Origin: Octopus sinensis
Taxonomy: Eukaryota
Reading direction: 5' to 3'
Length of the DNA stretch: 64,000 bases
Assembly: GCF_006345805.1 (NCBI RefSeq)
Contig: NC_043004.1
Location: forward strand, 98,332,001 to 98,396,000
In this document: in pieces, positions 1 through 11,699 of the stretch
Layout of the letters: each line of letters begins with the position of its first letter
How positions within the stretch are numbered: position 1 is the stretch's first letter
The notes under the pieces: model-generated
Seen by the model: only the letters and a program-made list of their open reading frames with translations
Database searches by the model: none
Told to the model about the DNA's origin: nothing
Made by a program: the position numbers and the translations under genes

Positions 1-250
1 ATATTCAGCGTGACGCAGAGAGTGACAAGGCCGGCCCTTTGAAATACAGGTACAACAGAAACAGGAAGTAAGAGTGAGAGATGGTTGTGGTGAAAGAGTA
101 CAGCAGGGATCACCACCATCCCTGCCGGAGCCTCGTGGAGCTTTTAGGTGTTTTCCCTCAATAAACACTCATAACGCCCGGTCTGGGATCGAAACTGCGA
201 TCCTACGACCGCGAGTCCACTGCCCTAACCACTGGGCCTTGCGCCTCCAC
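1..250 (-). mobile_element. tRNA-derived SINE family A (tRNA-Arg-like head, tail type 1), cut by window edge
   Basis: Reverse complement begins GTGGAGGCGCAAGGCCCAGTGGTTAGGGCAG...GTTTCGATCCC (A/B boxes); near-identical to copies at 2153, 6530, 13379, 14891, 30493. Confidence 0.9.
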
Positions 251-736
251 CTGTTTGGGGTGGTACTGCTATCCAGGGTCAGGTCTGATTCAGATACATC
301 ACAGCATGAATATAGATGAGTGCAGGACTTGGAAAAAATAACGCTCAATTGCTCCAGATATGCCTAATCATGAATAAATTTCGTTACTCAATGGCTTATT
401 GTTTCACGTGTAGTGTGGCCATTTGGACATGTATTGTTTCCTCTTTGCGGCTTATACCAGTATGCTGATCGTGATGTTCATACCCAGTTCGGCTCTAATG
501 GATCATACCAATCATGAAAAGCGTTCTAGCATGATCATCTTCTCTGAACATATCAGAATTTACATTACCCAATGAGGCTTTTTGAAAATATAATAAGGTT
601 TGATTTTAGGGAGGTTTGCCAACAAATTCTAGCAGATCGAGTATATGTATCGGAACTCCCACTAGATTCTCGAAGCTGCCACAATGGAGATGTAGTTGTA
701 ATGAATCAGAGAACAACACATTCTGTTCGTCTAAAC

Positions 737-1079
737 CAGTGGTTCTCAACCGGATTTCATATGGCTCCTGAGGGGCTATATAAGATATTGTGGGGTCCAC
801 GCAACAAAATAGGGAACTGGGAATCCACGATAGTATTTTAAGTGCCCCTGAAACAAATTTGCTTGAGCTGTATATATTGACATGTATTGGAAGAAACATG
901 TTTCTTTCTATAACGTATTACATAGTTGAACCCACACGAGTTAATGCGTGAAAAACAAAAAAAGGAATTTTCAAAGAAGTTTCTATAAAACTAGTTTGTA
1001 AATATCGAACGGCTACGGGGATCACGCAGAATAAAATAGTAATGAAAAGGGTCCAAAGATAAATGGTTGAAAGCCCCTG
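737..1079. mobile_element. Non-autonomous hAT (Charlie-like) MITE
   Basis: TIRs CAGTGGTTCTCAACC / GGTTGAAAGCCCCTG (12/15 match); perfect 8-bp TSD GTCTAAAC at 729-736 and 1080-1087. Confidence 0.85.
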
Positions 1080-2152
1080 GTCTAAACGTATCATAAACTG
1101 GAACTATTTCTGCGTGGATGTGTGATATCTTGACATTACAATTTTGAGATAACATTTTGAGGATCGCATTGAAGAAGAACGTTTTGGAATGATAGTTCAT
1201 ATAATGAGAAGAATAATTAGGGTTAACTTACTGCTGCTACAAACGGTGTTCCTTATATGTCCTGGTGAATTTTGCAGCTAGAAGCTGTGTTTTATTGTGA
1301 GTTGTGAATGTGATCTGTGTACAACATAACATCATCTTCAGGAAGTGACACCACTTCATACAGCTTCATTGTTATATTTACAATTTAAATATTTCACTGA
1401 GATTTTGTGCTTCTATTTTTACGCTTTAATGATGCTTGTTTCTAATTAAGGCACGATGCTAGGAAACATGTGATAGTGTGAAATTCCCTGTTTGAATTCT
1501 TTATAGTTTATTAAAGTGAATTGCAGAGAGATTTTAGTGAATCAGAAAACAATGAATTTATTGTATAATGTTGTTGATCTTTTAATCTAAGTCGATCATA
1601 ATTAAACACAACGATGATCAAAAGCTTTGCAACAGCGACCGAGGTATTTTGCACATTGTTCACCTTGAATTATACAATCCAATATGTTTCTAGTTAAGAT
1701 ATTCTGTTTAAAGCATATTATGCTGCTATTTCTAACAGATCGTGTGATTACATAGAGACTCTTTCACTCTCAAATTCTGTATAGACATTTAGAAAATAGA
1801 TTAGTGACAAGTAATAGCAGATTGTGTTCATCAATAATAGTCGGACATTATATAAAACTTAGCCAGTCTACTCTAGATTCTACACACACCGACATCTATT
1901 TTTGCATTAATTGGTCTTCAAGGAAGAAGCATAATTGTTTGATCATGACCATTGATTGTAGTTGAACGGTTTCTAATTGCTACCGCAAACTTATATAATA
2001 TAGGAACTTGCGTATTTATGCTTTTATTCCTGTGTTATATATGTGTAAGATATATTGACATATTTATAAAGCATGACATCTCTGTCTGCAGCCATGTTTC
2101 ATATCACCTGTGAAATTCGGCTTCATGTGATCTAATCGTACTTCTTCTTATG

Positions 2153-2541
2153 GATGTAAGCACTCCGTCGGTTACGACGACGAGGGTTCCAGTTGATCCG
2201 AATCAACGGAAGAGCCTGCTCGTGAAATTAACGTGTAAGTGGCTGAGCACTCCACAGACACGTGTACCCTTAACGTAGTTCTCGGGGATATTCAGCGTGA
2301 CACAGAGAGTAAGGCCGGCCCCTTGAAATACAGGTACAACAAACAGAAACAGGAAGTAAGAGTGAGAGAAAGTTGTGGTGAAAGAGTACAGCAGGGATCA
2401 CCACCATCCCCTGCCGGAGCCTCGTGGAGCTTTTAGGTGTCTTCGCTCAATAAACACTCACAACGCCCGGTCTGGGAATCGAAACCGCGATCCTATGACC
2501 GCGAGTCCGCTGCCCAAACCACTGGGCCATTGCGTCTCCAC
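2153..2541 (-). mobile_element. SINE family A, full length, tail type 1
   Basis: tRNA-like head at right end; 10-bp TSD TCTTCTTATG at 2143-2152 and 2542-2551. Confidence 0.92.
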
Positions 2542-2818
2542 TCTTCTTATGTTTTAATATTGCTATATCAAAGCAGAAAGACAAGACTCTAAAAGGTCAA
2601 TTCGTTAACTAGAATTAGCAACAAAATCTTATCTCCCTGAAATCATTGTATGCAAAAGGCAGGACACATTGTGTAATATATTCACTAAAGTAAAAAAGTA
2701 AAAAAAAGAACATTGAAAGGTTTGACAAAACAAGAGTGTCTTCAATCACATCTCTACTCGCTCAGGACTAGCCGAGGGTTACACAAGAGCCACTGTCAAC
2801 AATACAATAGAAATATTC

Positions 2819-3216
2819 TTTTCTACTCTAGGAACAAGGCCCGAAATTTTGAGGGAGGGGGGCTAGTCAATTAGATCGACCCCAGTACGCAAATGGTACT
2901 TAATTTATCTACCCCGAAAGGATGAAAGGCAAAGTCGACCTCGGCGGAATTTGAACTCAGAACATAGCGGCAGACGAAATACCTATTTCTTTATTACCCA
3001 CAAAGGGCTAAACACAGAGGGGACAAACAAGGACAGACATAGGTATTAAGTCGATTACATCGACCCCAGTGCGTAACTGGTACTTAATTTATCGACCCCG
3101 AAAGTATGAAAGGCAAAGTCGACCTCGGCGGAATTTGAACTCAGAACATAGCGGCAGACGAAATACCACTAAGCATTTCGCCTGGCGTACTAACGTTTCT
3201 GGCATCTCGCCGCCTT
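2819..3216 (-). mobile_element. SINE family C (tRNA head AAGGCGGCGAG..., body GGTCGACTTTGCCTTTCATCCTTTCGGGGTCGA), two-unit copy
   Basis: Head at 3216; internal ~180-bp unit repeated twice; homologous copies at 33797, 55450, 62170. Confidence 0.88.
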
Positions 3217-3459
3217 AGTACACTACAAATATTGTATCATCTATATTTTTATATTTTTAAAATAAATATTTCTAACATATATGCAATGTCCTATATTTTA
3301 AACTGCAAGTACTTTTTTCTTACTAAGATGCAATCATGCATCTTATGCCTTTAAAATACATTATCTTAGTCGAAATTTCTAAGTCAGCAAATAAAAGAAA
3401 CAAAGAAGCCATTGAGCTTTAATAGAATTTTATTTAGCTTCTTAAGAAAAGCAAAAATT

Positions 3460-3800
3460 GTAGCTACAGCAAAAGCAGAAACAACAGAATCTTTGACAGC
3501 AACAACAACAAAAAAAAAACACACACACAGCAATAGCACTACTATCACCTACAGTGCAGTATAAACGGTTGTGGCTGCAGCAACAGCACACGCTAACAAA
3601 AATAACTAGAGAAACAACAGCAGCTGCAAAAATAGCAATAATAATAACAACACCAATAACAAATGCAGTGTTAGCAGCTGCAACTGCAAGCCATTAAGAA
3701 TACGAACAGCAATAACAACAACAATTTTTAAGTGCAATCAACAACTACAACAGTAGTAATAACAGCAACGAAAATCTTTAAGAATATTAACAATATTAGT
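3460..3800. repeat. Cryptic (AAC/AGC/AAT)n simple repeat
   Basis: Degenerate trinucleotide periodicity; similar tracts at 4925-5235 and, on the opposite strand, 47090-47400. Confidence 0.6.
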
Positions 3801-3999
3801 TGTACAAACAAGGCAATCACTGAGCTTTAGAAATAGCAGTCAATTCTTCCTCAAATACACAAGCTGCCCTCAAAAAACGGAAAAGGGAGAACTCATTGAG
3901 GAATTTAGTCATAGATACACCGTCTGGACAAAAGTTATAACAGTCACAGCAGAAATACTTTTTTATTATAAGTCTGATGCATCATGGCTAATCTGGGAC

Positions 4000-4830
4000 T
4001 CAGCAACAACACCAAGATACAATTAACATTTGATCCTTGGATACATTTATCGTTTTGTCCTTGGGTGTCTTCCCTTTTATCCTTAAGTAATTTTGAGTTA
4101 TGGTTCTTGGTAAATTTAGCATTTTACCCTTATACTTTTTTACTCTTTCACTTGTTTCAGTCATTTGACTGCGGCCGTGCTGGGGCACCGCCTTTAGTCG
4201 AGCAAATCGATCCCGGGACTTATTCTTTGTAAGCCCAGTACTTATTCTATCGGTCCCTTTTGCCGAACCGCTAAGTGACGGGGACATAAACACACCAGCA
4301 TCGGTTGTCAAGCAATGCTAGGGGGACAAACACAGACACTCAAACACACACATACATATACATATATATACATATATACGACAGGCTTCCTTCAGTTTCC
4401 GTCTACCAAATCCACTCACAAGTTATTGGTCGGCCCGGGGCTACAGTAGCAGACACTTGCCCAAGATGCCACACAGTGGGACTGAACCCGGAACCATGTG
4501 GTTGGTTAGCAAGCTACTTACCACACAGCCACTCCTGCGCCTATGTGCATTTAAATTTTATCTTTTGATGACGTTAGCATTTAGTCCATGAGGGATTAAG
4601 CATTTGGTCCTTAAGTAATTTTAACATTTGCCTTTTGAATACATTTTAGTGTTGTCCTTGGATGGCCCTTGTATTTCGTCCCAAGAGTACATTTAACATT
4701 TGATCCTTGGATGCTTTTGGTATTTATACCTTGGGTTATATTTGCATATAGTCTTTTGGTACCTTTAGCTTTAGTGCATCATTAGATTTAGCATTTGATC
4801 CTTGGATGATTTCAGGATTTTGGTTACGTT
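4000..4830. repeat. Degenerate ~24-bp minisatellite interrupted by a SINE
   Basis: Units like TTAACATTTGATCCTTGGATACAT recur at 4000-4130 and 4545-4830 on both sides of the family B SINE. Confidence 0.6.
4135..4543 (-). mobile_element. SINE family B (head AGGCGCAGGAGTGGCTGTGTGGTAAG, CCTTGGGCAAG core-like motif, internal microsatellite, tail ...GACTGAAACAAGTAAAAGAGT)
   Basis: Full-length homology to copies at 29455, 42382, 62891. Confidence 0.9.
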
Positions 4831-5478
4831 TCTGCTTTGAAGATAACATCCGATCCTGCCTTGAGCCTCGGAGGCCCTGAAGGTATAATGGACGCTTTAC
4901 TTCCCTAAGCGATAAAAAAGAAATAATATCAGCAACAATGGCAGCTATATAACAGTTATAAAATCAACAACAAATGCAGCTGTGACGAAAACAACAGCAA
5001 ATGGCAGTAGAAACCACCACAACAGTAGCAACAGTACTGATGGTACCAATTAGTAACAAAACAATAAGAGCAACACCAACAAGAAGGGGAAAAAACGTTT
5101 GTGGCCGCATCAATTAGCTACAGAGAAAAAGAAAACAAAAACAAGAACAATAAGAATAATAAAAATAATGCAACAAATACACTGGTATCGGCAACATCGA
5201 TTAATATGAAAATATAACAACAAAGAAGCAACTGTTCAGAAGACAAGAGTTATTTTAATTGGAGCTGTATGATAAACACTGATGAATAGTAAAGGAAAAT
5301 GAAACGTAATACATACAAATACATGTATACATATGTTAGGAAATCAATATTAATGAATACTTATATCTGTATGCGTGCGTAAATATCTATGCATACATAC
5401 ACATATATACAAACATGCATACGTACATGCATAAATACATACATATTTATATATATTTGAAACTGACTTATTGGAAGT

Positions 5479-5521
5479 CCACCTGAAGATTGGCGATCAA
5501 GACAAGAAACAATTGTAGTGG
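5479..5521 (+). ncRNA. Minimal type-I hammerhead motif, family F1
   Basis: CCAC-CTGAAGA-TTGGC gatcaa GACAA-GAA-ACAATTGT-A-GTGG; one helix II mismatch; palindromic helix III; GUA site; within a repeat (5460-5615) ending in (TA)n. Confidence 0.75.
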
Positions 5522-5607
5522 CGGTTTTTTTGACTATTTATTAAAATTTTATGTATTGATTAAGTCTTTCCTTGTTTGTTTTGCAAAATAGTGTTTTGTC
5601 TCTAATG

Positions 5608-5645
<38 letters not shown>

Positions 5646-5804
5646 AATATGAAATATAATATGAAGTATAATATTTTATCACACCCAAAATAGTGTTATA
5701 GAAATTAATATTTTATTTCACTTAAAAAGAATCTTTAAATTACGTTAGCAGACTTTGTTACACTTGTCTGTCTGCCGGTAGGTCGGTCTATCGGTCTGTC
5801 TTCC

Positions 5805-5814
5805 TCTCTCTCTC

Positions 5815-5900
<86 letters not shown>
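5805..5900. repeat. (CT)n(TA)n microsatellite
   Basis: Direct reading. Confidence 0.95.
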
Positions 5901-5903
<3 letters not shown>

Positions 5904-6529
5904 AAAATATATTTATCTATCTATCTATTTGTCTGTTTGTCTGTCTGTTATGCATGTATATATTTCCAAGTGATATTAGTTAAAGTCAAGAGCTATCAAA
6001 ATTTTAATCAACAAGTAGTTGATTGATATATAGCTAGTCACATATGTATAAACAACTATATTCACATATACCTATACGCTGCTCCATAATTAAAAACCAT
6101 ATCGGTAAATATATGGACCTCCACGCAAGTGCCACACACATATATGCATATACAACAGTTCTGTATTTAAATCAATCGTATGTATAAGAATTTCTCATAC
6201 AAATACGTTACAAAAACATAATCACAAATTAAAACATACAAACACATTTTTACATACAGTGGCTCACAAAGAAAAAAGTTGTACATGCATATACACCGAA
6301 AACAATATGCATGCACCTACACATATAGAAGCCAGATGTGTACTAAATGATTTATGCGACCACACGGTTGAATATACCTATGCATGAATAAGATCGCATG
6401 AAACAATACTGACAAGCACAAATATTAGCATAAAAATATATGACACCAATAAAATCAGAATCAGTAAATGACATACAAAAAAAAAAAGCAATAGAAAACT
6501 AGCAATCAATTAACTTGTAGTAACTAGAT

Positions 6530-6903
6530 GTGGAGGCGTAATGGCCCAGTGGTTAGGGCAGCGGACTCGCGGTCATAGGATCGCGGTTTCGATTCCCAGA
6601 CCGGGCGTTGTGAGTGTTTATTGAGCGAAAACACCTGAAAGCTCCACGAGGCTCCGGCAGGGGATGGTGGTGATCCCTGCTGTACTCTTTCACCACAACT
6701 TTCTCTCACTCTTACTTCCTGTTTCTATTTGTTGTACCTGTATTTGAAGGGGCCGGCCTTATCACTCTCTGTGTCACGCTGAATATCCCCGAGAACTACG
6801 TTAAGGGTGCACGTGCCTGTGGAGTTCTCAGCCACTTACACGTTAATTTCACGAGCAGGCTGAACCCTCATCGTTGTTACCGACGGAGTGCTTCCATCCA
6901 TCC
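6530..6903 (+). mobile_element. SINE family A, tail type 1
   Basis: tRNA-like head; 11-bp TSD AGTAACTAGAT at 6519-6529 and 6904-6914; 3' (TCCA)n end. Confidence 0.92.
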
Positions 6904-7042
6904 AGTAACTAGATAATTACACAGATATAAGTTAATAGTAACAACAATAATAATAATAGTTTTAAATTTTGCCACAAGGGCAGCAATTTTGGAGGAGGGG
7001 ATGAGTCGATTACATCGACTGCAGTGTTCAACAGTGTTCAAC

Positions 7043-7043
<1 letters not shown>

Positions 7044-7126
<83 letters not shown>

Positions 7127-7141
7127 GATGATGATGATGAT
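7044..7141. repeat. (GAT)n microsatellite following a SINE C 3' fragment (6960-7043)
   Basis: About 30 GAT units. Confidence 0.95.
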
Positions 7142-7504
7142 TTCTTGGAAAGAAACTCTTAAAGACGCTGAGACCTTTGACAACAGGTTGGTGTCCGCTC
7201 TCACAGAATTAACCGGTGCATTTAAGATCGGGAGCTCTGAGAAATAAGATGTAATAACAAAATCAAAATATTTTCTTTACTCGCTATGTTTATATATGCT
7301 ATTGCTTTGATCCTTCTAGCAATAACCGTCTCTTTGCATATGGACGTATTTTTAAAAGACGTAAGACACTAATATTAATAGAACAGAAGCACATTGCACC
7401 GCATTCGTACCTACTAATATTACACACCATGACACAAAATGTACCAATCGCACACACTTTCTTATACACTGACGATCACATTTAGTATACATATACGGAC
7501 AACT

Positions 7505-7808
7505 GGAGGCGCTATGGCCTAGTGGTTAGAGTAGCGGACTCGCGGTCCTAGGATCGCGGTTTCGATTCCCAGACCGGGCGTTGTGTGTGTTTATTGAGCG
7601 AAAACACCTAAAAGCTCCACGAGGCTCCGGCAGGGGGCGGTGATCCCTGCTATGCTCTTTCACCACAACTTTCTCCCACTCTTTCTTCTGTTGGCCTGCT
7701 CGCTTAGCCAGCTGGGTGGCGTCATTCGAAGGCTAAAACAATGCAAACATGTTGTGACCAGCGATGTGTAACAACATCTGATGGTCTGGTCGGTCACGTG
7801 ATCACGTG
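7505..7808 (+). mobile_element. SINE family A head with alternative tail type 2
   Basis: Same head, different 3' module ending CACGTGATCACGTG; 12-bp TSD ATACGGACAACT at 7493-7504 and 7809-7820. Confidence 0.9.
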
Positions 7809-7967
7809 ATACGGACAACTAGTGTAGAAAATTATGGACTTAAAGCAAGAACCATTAACTAAATTAAAGTAGGGCATTTTGACGATGATTTACTAATTTA
7901 AAAAAATAACAATATCAAAGCGACATTCACTCGCCTATACATGTTGAAAAATTTACATAGACAAATT

Positions 7968-8245
7968 CGTCTTCTCTTCGTCACCCTTTTCAAGCCTAGC
8001 CATTCTCATGGGCCCAGTTTCCCGGTTTCTGTGGCGTATGTGTTCCTCCCAGCTGGACTGGACGCCAGTCCATCGCGGCGTTACTCAAGAAACCACCACC
8101 ACCCCCTGTCAGACCCTCGTGGAGCTTTTAGGTATTTTCGCGTTGTGTGCTCAATAAACACACACAGCGCCCGGTCTGGGAATCGAAACCGCGATTCTGC
8201 GACTGCGAGTCTGCTGCCCTAACCACTAGGCCATTGCGCCTCCAC
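7968..8245 (-). mobile_element. SINE family A head with alternative tail type 3
   Basis: Same head, 3' module containing GATGGACTGGCGTCCAGTCCAG...CAGAAACCGGG; 13-bp TSD ACATAGACAAATT at 7955-7967 and 8246-8258. Confidence 0.88.
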
Positions 8246-8329
8246 ACATAGACAAATTGACACCTATAAATTCACAAACGACACGGTTTGCAAATGCAAG
8301 GAGAAACATCGGATTCAGATTTTGGCTCA

Positions 8330-8515
8330 CACGGTCAGCAAGTTCTAAGGAGGGTCTAAGTCAATCATATCGACCCAGGTGCTCAACTGGTACTTGTTCT
8401 TTCGGAGGGTGTAAGTCAAAGTCGACGAAATTTGAACTCGGAACGTAAAGAGAAATAAAATGCCACTAAGCATTTTTGCACAGCGGGCTTAAAATTCAAC
8501 CAGATTGGTTGCCTT
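8330..8515 (-). mobile_element. Degenerate SINE family C
   Basis: AAAGTCGAC...GAAATTTGAACTC...CTAAGCATTT motifs. Confidence 0.6.
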
Positions 8516-9029
8516 AACTGCTCGCACAAATTGTGAGATTTTTTTAAAAGAAATGACAGATATTTTTGTTTGTTTAACCGTTAACGATATTTGATCCTCT
8601 GAAATATACTATCAAATGCACAAAGGCATAAACGCGCATGCCTATTATGTATAGATTATACATATACACACAAGCAGCAAAGCTTACAAATAGCAATAAA
8701 AATATATATTCAAAATATTGAACGCGTTAAGTGGTCATATGTTCTGCTAAAAATAGTAACCGATCTCCCTTAACTCAAAACTCACTTACTTGCTTAAAAA
8801 ATACATTGTATAATAGAAAGTAAAATGTCTTATATGTGAGAAACATACTTGTTCAAGATTGACCTGAGGTGAAACTACACAAACACCTTATCTGTACTTG
8901 GGTGAAGCATATAATTTCACGGTTATTAATTCCCCATTATACGCGAGTATTTAAAATATTTTTCATCAATACTACTTTTATCGAACTGATTAAAATGTAG
9001 TGATGTACTTATCTATCAAGCTGCAGACC

Positions 9030-9074
<45 letters not shown>

Positions 9075-9088
9075 TATATATATACAAC

Positions 9089-9139
<51 letters not shown>

Positions 9140-9424
9140 ATGTATGTATGTATGTATGTAGAAAATTATAACACCTGGAGCGGATTAGAGTTTGAATCGA
9201 TTCAAAACAATGTATAAAAGCAACAACTGTAAAGATGTACTCTGAAGATGGGATTAATAACGCTGAAAATTCTAATATTGTCTTCTAATATAGACACAAG
9301 AGTAGATATTTCTGATGTGGAAAAAGCGATATATATTTTAGAGAAAACAAAATGTGATTGAATATACGAACACATATATACATATATACACGCATAAAGA
9401 TAAATAGAAAAACAGACAGATTTA

Positions 9425-10497
9425 CAGGTGTTTGAACCGAGTCAAGTGTGAAATGGAGCGTGTTGAGTGTCGGGCAGTGATCCGCTTTTTATATTTGAAA
9501 GGACGCACACCACGGGAGACTTTTGATGAAATGAAAGTAACTTATGGTGATGATGCCCCATCATATGACCTTGTAAAACGCTGGCATTGTGAATTCAAAC
9601 ATGGTCGGAACTCTGTGGAAACAGCTCCCAGATCTAGTCGCCCCCTACTGCTATTGATGAGGCATCTGTCCATCAAGTTCAGGCTGCCATTTTGGAAGAT
9701 CGACGCATAACTATTCGCCAAATAGCCCATGAGGTCAAGATTAGTACCGGGTCTGTGGAAACCAATCATTCATGACCATTTGCGTATGCAAAAGGTGTCT
9801 GCCATATGGATTCCCAGGTTGCTCACACCTTTCCGGAAGCAAGAACGCGTCGAGTGCTCTAGGACGAATTTGGAGATGTGCCAAGAAGATGAGTCAAAGT
9901 TTTTCAAAAGACTGATTACACAGGATGAAACCTGGGTCCATCACAATGATCCAGAGACAAAAGCCCAGTCAATGCAGTGGAAGCACCGTGACTCACCTCC
10001 TCCAAAAAAGGCAAGGGTGCAGCCCTCAGCTAGCAAGGTCATGCTCACAGTCTTCTGGGACCAGGATGAAGTAGTGATGACAGATTTCCTGGCAAAGGGT
10101 ACCACAATTACAGGAGCCTATTATGCTTCACTTTTGATGAAATTAAGAGAAGCTATCAAAATCAAGAGGCGGGGCAAGATCAGCAAAGGCATCCTCCTCC
10201 TGCAGGACAACGCTCCGGTCCACAAATCGATGGTCGCCAGATCAGAAGCACAGGCGTGCGGCTATGAACTCCCCCCCCCCATGCCCCTACTCTCTTGACC
10301 TTGCACCCTCGGATTTTCACCTCTTCCCAGCCATGAAGTTGTTTTTGAAAGGAAAGCGTTTCCCAGATGATGCAGACTTGAGAAATGCGTAACTCTGGGT
10401 GGTTTCTAGGTAGAAAAAGACTAATAACGGTGCCAAGTTTCGTTGCTCTACTGCTATGGGAAGTGGGTCAGGGGCATTACTTATTGAACGCCCCTCG
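9425..10497 (+). mobile_element. Mariner (DD34D) transposon, defective; 5' TIR not found
   Basis: Transposase from ATG 9453 (MERVECRAVIRFL) with WIPRLLT, DETW, LLQDNA and YSLDLAPSDF motifs; frameshifts near 9645, 9764, 10270 and a C-terminal deletion; 3' TIR ...TTATTGAACGCCCCTCG followed by TA. Confidence 0.93.
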
Positions 10498-11699
10498 TAC
10501 CATATTAATAAAATTACATTCAGTAGTACTAATCAGTGTGATGAATCGATTGTAAGATGCTATAATCTTTTCTACTTTCTAAGAATATCTAACCTTACAC
10601 TTAATTGTAGCCTAAATCAAACCCTGCTGAGGTCGTCTTTAAGTTTCATCGATCCAGGCTTAGTAAATTAAGTACAAGACATATACTAGTGTCAGTGGTG
10701 TAGACTAACCACTTCCTCCAAATTTCGTACTTTAAGAACAATTACTGTTAATTATCTGACGATGAATTGACAGAACCATCTTGCAAGTTTTGGAAACATT
10801 CCTTGCTAGTTTTTATTAGTTCTTAACATTGCGAAATCTGCCAGGGTCATTCTTCTGGTTCGATAAAATTAGGTACCAATCTTGAACTAATGTCGATTTA
10901 AGCGAGTAACTCCCTTCCTCAAATTTTTGGATCTGTGTCTATGTTAAAAAAAATTATTAGTATTGCTGTTGTTGTTGTTATTGTTTTTTGTCATTGTTGC
11001 TGTTGGATTTTAACATATTTGTCATCTCTTCAGTTTCTACTTTGAATTTGCTGTTTCTCTTCGAAATCAAGTTAAACTTTATTGCTTGTTCTTAAGCTTT
11101 TTATTTTGTTATTTCGTTTCTGCTCCATACAAAATGTTTGGCAGGGCAGCTGTCAACGGATGTTCACTTTGGTAACGATGGTATGCCCATCCCTTCGTCG
11201 ATGAACGGTAATATATTGAAATGTTTCAGACAATAGTAAAAATAACATATTTATATAGAAATTCGGACCAGAAATATAATCACAAATAATAGAGAAGAGA
11301 ATATGACAACATGCCTTAGAACTACAAAAACCACAGTAGTGTTATCTTGCACAACATAATACACAACAATAACAATGCTTGCATAAAACAAAATACATAA
11401 CACCGAGAAAATCCCACAACATAAAACAGAGAAAAATAACAGCACATAACAGACTTAGTAAGCAAAAGCATATTTGCTAATGTCGTAGCTTCACGCATAT
11501 GTTTAGATATAAATTTAAAAGAAGAAAAACAAAATCAAGAAATTCGGCAATACGTCAGGAGCAAGGAAGATATGTCACAATTCCAAAAGGCATAACGAAA
11601 AAAATTGGTAAAATAAGAAAAAAAACAACTTTATTATTATAAAAATCTGCAACAAGATAAGACGTCTTGAAAAAGAAAGAAAAAATACAACTAAGAAAT

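Noticed and set aside
5272-5315. CTGATGA...GAAACGTA hammerhead-like string
   Set aside because: Neither helix I nor helix II pairs.
9236-9280. CTGAAGA-TGGG..CGCT-GAAA near (TA)n
   Set aside because: Helices II and III are poorly paired; at best a heavily decayed copy.
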